A stretch of 29,518 bases of DNA from a candidate division WOR-3 bacterium (GTDB lineage: Bacteria; Hydrothermota; Tepidihabitantia; Tepidihabitantales; Tepidihabitantaceae): the NCBI GenBank assembly GCA_965648905.1, contig CBFGIT010000030.1:1-29518 (forward strand), written 5' to 3'. Below the pieces are notes generated by a model, which saw only the letters and a list, made by a program, of their open reading frames with translations, did not search any database and was not told the origin of the DNA. The position numbers were made by a program, and so were the translations under genes. Below, in pieces: positions 25,171-29,518 of this stretch (its first letter is position 1; each line of letters opens with the position of its first letter).

Positions 25171-25239
25171 CGTACACCTCCTAGTTTCACGTCAGGTTGT
25201 GCGACCTGGCTAGCTCTGCCTGACAGAATTCCATACTAC

Positions 25240-25267
25240 AGCTTACCGTGCAAATCAAGCCGGTCAA
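25240..25267 (-). promoter_or_regulatory. Promoter for the GspB-like and selenoprotein gene pair
   Basis: TTGACC-16 bp-TAAGCT. Confidence 0.45.
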
Positions 25268-25270
25268 GCG

Positions 25271-28200
25271 CTAGAAGTCGGCGCGCAGCTCGGATGAGAA
25301 TCGGTGGTCTGCTGGCCGGTCCGGACGGTCGGAGAAACCGTACCGGGCCGAGGCGTTGAGGACGTTGCTGAATGAGTGGCTGAGTTCGAGTCCCAGCATG
25401 GGGTTCAGACCGGTGGGACTGGAAAGCGCCAATTCGTAGGGCAGGTCGGGAACCGACGCGGTCCGGCGAACCAGTTCAATCGAGGTACGGATGCGGGTGC
25501 GCGAGCCGATGGTCGTGGACCGGGCGAGTCCGCCACGCCAGACATCGAGCGTGAAGCGTCCCAGCTCGGGATAGGTGACGGGCTCGGCGACCAGAAGTCG
25601 TTCAAAGCCGGTAGTCAACTCCAGCCGCAGTCGCTCACCGAGTACCGGGTTGAATTCCGCCTTGCCGTGAAGTTCCTCGTGGTCGGTCAGGCCGGAGTTC
25701 AACGTCCGTTGTGCCCGGCCCGCCTCAAGACATGAACGGAGCTGAAGCTCGCGGAACCAGTCGGAGTTGAGTTCGACATAGCCGATTGAACGGGCCGAGG
25801 CGAGGCCGGTTGCCGCCAGAGTGCGGTCGTGACTTGCAAGGTAGTTCGCTCCCAGGATCGGGTTCACGGCCGGTTCGAGTGCTCGCACCGACAGCCGCAG
25901 GTCCCAGCGGACGTCGCTTGACAACTCGCCCGATTCGGTCCCGGCGCGGTTCAGACTGAAAGAACCGCTCAGGGCCGCGGGCCGTGCGGTCGAGACTTCG
26001 CCTGAAGCCGAGGCGGAGAGGGTGCGAGCCGCGGTAGTCCGGCCGGTCGTAATCACCACGCGCTCGTAGTCACCATCCGGGTCTGAGACGTAGCGGCCGG
26101 TAACCGTGTCTCTTCGGAACGTGCCTTGGCCCGGTCCGACGTAGCGGAAGAACTCGTCGCGCAGTTGCACGCGCCGGAACGACTGGCCCAGGTCAGTCAT
26201 GAATCTGAGCCCGGCCCGGGGTGCGAACGTGGCCCGGATGCTGCCCAGAAGCTGATGCCAGTCATCCTGAGCACTGAGCAGAAACCTGCGGTCCTGGTGG
26301 GCTGCGCGGCCGTCAAGGTCCAGAGCCGGCAAGGGTTTCCATCCGACTGTCACCTGGACCAGTCGAGCGCGGCTGGTCCTGTTCCAAGCTCCGCGGCTGG
26401 AGTCAGGTTCCTCGTACTCAGTGAGCCGGGCCGATACGCCGCCGGCCGGACGTCCGACTGACCGACGGGTCGAGCTGTCGACTGCGAGGTCAAGACCGGC
26501 AAGCCAGGAGCGCGACCGTTCCTCGGGCCGAGCTTCGTTCTGCCATCCGGCCCGGGGCAGCAGCGGTCCGAGCCGGGGCGCGGCATGAACGTCGTGACGC
26601 GTAACCTGACCGGCGTGTGCTCCTTCATACTGCAGCCAGCCGAGTCGTGCCGACCCGCCCAGCCGCGTCACCGCTCTCCGGTCAGTCCTTGCCAGCCGTC
26701 CGGCATCAGCCGCAAACTCCAGAAACCGCCAGGGCCGGGCGTGTGCTGCCAGTTCGTCGCTGCTCGCGCGCTGGTCCTCAGTTGTCCCGCCCCAGCGGTA
26801 GCTGAAATCAACAATCGGGCTGGCACCGGGTAGTGCAAGACCACCCCCCTGCATATGGCGGCGGTACCCAAAGCCCCAAGTCGAGTCTTGGTACGCAGCC
26901 GAAAGGTTGAGCCCGGAAGCTCCCGGCCCGACCGGAGACGGGGCGAACAGGTTGAGGTTTCGGCGCTGAAACGCGCCTTCGACCCGGGTTGAAAGCCGAG
27001 CTGCATTCAGCCCGACCCGGGCGTAGACCAACTCATCCTGCTCGGGCAACCGCACCCGCACCCGCGCGGCATAGTTGCCTGCGCCCGGGCCGACATATAG
27101 GTACGCGAACAGCGTGTCGTTGTACACGTAGTCTCCGACCGAGTCCCCCACCAGGGTAAACTGGACGTTGTAGTCGCCGCTATCCGGGCAGTAGAGGAAG
27201 TGGTCGGCTTCACGGACATAGCTGCCGTTGCCCGAGCCGACGTAGGTCTCGCCCGGCAGCCAGGCTCGGCTTGTGTCCTGGCCGATGCTGGCCAGATAGT
27301 CCTGTTCCTCCGGACTGAGGTCAAGAGCCAGGTTGCGTGACCGGTTGTCATTCTCGCGGAAAAGCCCCAGACCGAGGTCGAACAAGGCCGGGCGATAGTC
27401 CGCCACCACCGCTGCTCCGGTGCGCTCATAGTCACCGGCCGCAAACTGGAACGTTGCCTCGATTCGCGACCGGTGGCTGATGATATTCCGGTCGGTGAAT
27501 ACCAGCTCGCCGCCTGCGTAGTCAATGGTGTAATCTCCGTCCCAGCCCCGAGTCATGCGCCGGCCATCAAGATAGACCGCTTCGCTGCCCGGCACGACCG
27601 TTGCGGCCTGTCCGTTCGGCGCCAGCAGATAAGGGCCTTGGGAACCATCGGTCCCGAGCAGGGAGACCCGGCCGAACTGGCCCCGGGGCGTGGCATAGCC
27701 GACCGTCACGTTGGCGCCGCCGGTCTGACCTGAAACCAGCGCGCCCTTTGCTCGACGTTCGATTCGGCCGAACGACCCTGCAGGCACCGAGACGTCAACA
27801 TCGCCGAACGAGCCCTGCCAGGACCGAGCTTTGAGACTGATGAGCAGCCGGTCAAGCTCCTGAATGTCGCGGGTCGTGCCCTCTGCCGGAATCGGCGAGC
27901 TCTGGTCCGAGAGCTCGGCCTCGACCCTGATTCCCTCGACCTCGCCCGAAAGCGCTACTCGGGTCGCCTGGTCAATGCCGCTGCCTTCGGTTCCGCCGAA
28001 CGAGACTCCGACCGTCTTGCTGCCCGAGAGTTCCAGACCCGCACCCGGTCCAGTCGTGTCAATGACCGCAAGCACGGTGCTGTCGGCCTGCAGTGCCGGA
28101 ACCGGCTGATTCCGGGACGCGCTGCGGGCACGGGACGGGCCGCCGAAATGCAGGCACCGTCGGGTGACGGTTATGACCGCGCCGGCTGCCGGTCTCGTCA

Positions 28201-28564
28201 GTAGCCAGACCCGTCCGTGGGCGGGGTCGAAAAGGTAGCGAGACCGGTCCAGGACGCGACCGTCGACGTGCACGGTGTCGGTGCCGATGACGGTCAGTTC
28301 TTCGGGCAACCAGAACACCGCGCTCGACCCATCGGCAACGAACACGGTTTGACACCGCTCGCCGATTAGCTCGGCTCGGCACGAATCGTGCCCCCGGGTC
28401 GGAGAAGGCACGCCGAACAGTTCGTGGGGCAGCAGCCCGACGGCAAACACGAGAGCGCCCGCCCGGACCAGTGCCGCGACCGGTGCGGCGAGAAGCCCGA
28501 GCCGCCAGGGTCGGGTCGACTTACAGTTGCGGCAGAACGTACGACAGGACTCGGGTTCCGGCAT
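25271..28564 (-). CDS. Large (~1100 aa) outer-membrane beta-barrel protein of an FCB-type conserved family with SprA-like motifs; start uncertain
   Basis: SGSKTVGVSFG...LSDQSSPIPAEGTTRDIQELDR, GPYLL...GSEAVYLDGRRMTRG...DYTIDYAGGELVF; long amphipathic beta region; BAM-type terminal Phe (ELRADF). Confidence 0.65.
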   Translation of the reverse strand: MPEPESCRTFCRNCKSTRPWRLGLLAAPVAALVRAGALVFAVGLLPHELFGVPSPTRGHDSCRAELIGERCQTVFVADGSSAVFWLPEELTVIGTDTVHVDGRVLDRSRYLFDPAHGRVWLLTRPAAGAVITVTRRCLHFGGPSRARSASRNQPVPALQADSTVLAVIDTTGPGAGLELSGSKTVGVSFGGTEGSGIDQATRVALSGEVEGIRVEAELSDQSSPIPAEGTTRDIQELDRLLISLKARSWQGSFGDVDVSVPAGSFGRIERRAKGALVSGQTGGANVTVGYATPRGQFGRVSLLGTDGSQGPYLLAPNGQAATVVPGSEAVYLDGRRMTRGWDGDYTIDYAGGELVFTDRNIISHRSRIEATFQFAAGDYERTGAAVVADYRPALFDLGLGLFRENDNRSRNLALDLSPEEQDYLASIGQDTSRAWLPGETYVGSGNGSYVREADHFLYCPDSGDYNVQFTLVGDSVGDYVYNDTLFAYLYVGPGAGNYAARVRVRLPEQDELVYARVGLNAARLSTRVEGAFQRRNLNLFAPSPVGPGASGLNLSAAYQDSTWGFGYRRHMQGGGLALPGASPIVDFSYRWGGTTEDQRASSDELAAHARPWRFLEFAADAGRLARTDRRAVTRLGGSARLGWLQYEGAHAGQVTRHDVHAAPRLGPLLPRAGWQNEARPEERSRSWLAGLDLAVDSSTRRSVGRPAGGVSARLTEYEEPDSSRGAWNRTSRARLVQVTVGWKPLPALDLDGRAAHQDRRFLLSAQDDWHQLLGSIRATFAPRAGLRFMTDLGQSFRRVQLRDEFFRYVGPGQGTFRRDTVTGRYVSDPDGDYERVVITTGRTTAARTLSASASGEVSTARPAALSGSFSLNRAGTESGELSSDVRWDLRLSVRALEPAVNPILGANYLASHDRTLAATGLASARSIGYVELNSDWFRELQLRSCLEAGRAQRTLNSGLTDHEELHGKAEFNPVLGERLRLELTTGFERLLVAEPVTYPELGRFTLDVWRGGLARSTTIGSRTRIRTSIELVRRTASVPDLPYELALSSPTGLNPMLGLELSHSFSNVLNASARYGFSDRPDRPADHRFSSELRADF

Positions 28565-29348
28565 CGAGCACGACCAGGGTCGAACTGAGAACGGCAAAGC
28601 CGACCGGGCTGGAGCAGCCCGGCAGCCTGAAGCCGGTGGTCCGGCCCCGGGCAAGAGTCCAGACTTCGGGGATACCGGTCTCCATCAGGTAGACCGTGCC
28701 GCGGTCGTCGGACTCAGCAATGTCACAACCGTCGGGAATACGGTCAGTACCGGTCAGTACGCCGGCACGGTTGAAGTGAACCATGTGTCCGTTGCCTGAG
28801 ATGACGCAGAACCGTCCGTCAGGCATGGTCGCCAGTGCGCCAGGATTCGACAGCTCGGATTCGGAAAGAAAGCGACGGCTCTCACCGAACACGGTCTTGT
28901 GCCAGACGACCTTGCGGCTTGCATCACTGACCAGCATCTCACCGGGCGCAAAGCTGGTCATGCCGGCAACCTCGACGTTGCCCAGCCAGGAACCAAGCTC
29001 CAGTTTCTCTTTTGACATGCGCCAGACAACGCGCGAGTCCCAGATGTAGTAGTAGAACCGGTCGGCCCTGACTCCGCGCGGCCCAACCAGCCTTCGGCCA
29101 AGAGGGATTGTCTCACCGGGCACGAGTCGCGCCGACAAGAGTACCAGTCGGTCCCCGCCCGCATCAAGCACGACGACCCGGTCGCCGTCACGGCACAGAC
29201 CAGCGGCCGGAGTAGCGAGGAGGAGTGAATCCGCGGGCAGCAAGGTCAGCTCTGGCCGGCTCGCGGTCATGCGGATGGTCCCGGGACAGCCGGCAACGAA
29301 GACGGCCAGACACAGCGCAAGGATAGGGACCGGTTTCTTCACAGTCAT
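28521..29348 (-). CDS. Lipoprotein with NHL/6-bladed beta-propeller-like repeats
   Basis: Lipobox VAGC after a hydrophobic stretch; repeats of P.G[LV]...[VL][VL].D..[GS].R[VL]. Confidence 0.7.
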   Translation of the reverse strand: MTVKKPVPILALCLAVFVAGCPGTIRMTASRPELTLLPADSLLLATPAAGLCRDGDRVVVLDAGGDRLVLLSARLVPGETIPLGRRLVGPRGVRADRFYYYIWDSRVVWRMSKEKLELGSWLGNVEVAGMTSFAPGEMLVSDASRKVVWHKTVFGESRRFLSESELSNPGALATMPDGRFCVISGNGHMVHFNRAGVLTGTDRIPDGCDIAESDDRGTVYLMETGIPEVWTLARGRTTGFRLPGCSSPVGFAVLSSTLVVLDAGTRVLSYVLPQL

Positions 29349-29350
29349 CT

Positions 29351-29378
29351 ATTGTCACGACTGCTGCGTCAAAGTCAA
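29351..29378 (-). promoter_or_regulatory. Possible promoter of the lipoprotein / OM-protein operon
   Basis: TTGACT-16 bp-GACAAT immediately before the start codon region. Confidence 0.4.
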
Positions 29379-29518
29379 GCGAGCACAGAGACCTGACTTA
29401 CCCCACTAAGTCCGTGTAGCCAAGCCCGGGAGAGTACGCTGGACTGTAGCCGTGCGGAGTGTGTCCCGCACTGTCCGCAGGTTGCTCAAACGTCGGTTCG
29501 GTTCTGCTCTCCGGTTCA

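Overview
GC-rich, gene-dense bacterial window with no intact mobile element or CRISPR array. The gene content (C25 gingipain-like protease, YVTN propeller, several secreted proteins with T9SS/FlgD-Ig-like C-terminal domains, DUF2723 glycosyltransferase) suggests an FCB-related lineage such as candidate division WOR-3; this is inference. Housekeeping genes include hypA, pepA, a ttcA-family gene, a PMM/PGM, hbd, xseA/xseB and tRNA-Gln(CTG). Main finding: the ORFs 23988..24752(-) and 22632..23834(-) are in the same frame, separated only by a TGA that directly follows a Cys codon. A GC-rich hairpin carrying AGGUCU, the apical sequence of the E. coli fdhF SECIS as recalled, starts 13 nt downstream. 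Together they predict one ~650-aa secreted Cys-Sec selenoprotein whose export tag is made only if UGA is recoded. Smaller signals: period-7 CGAA repeat arrays, a palindromic insertion inside ttcA, an xseA lacking a canonical start codon, probable leaderless mRNAs, and several promoters with 16-bp spacers. All family assignments are from motif recognition, not database searches.
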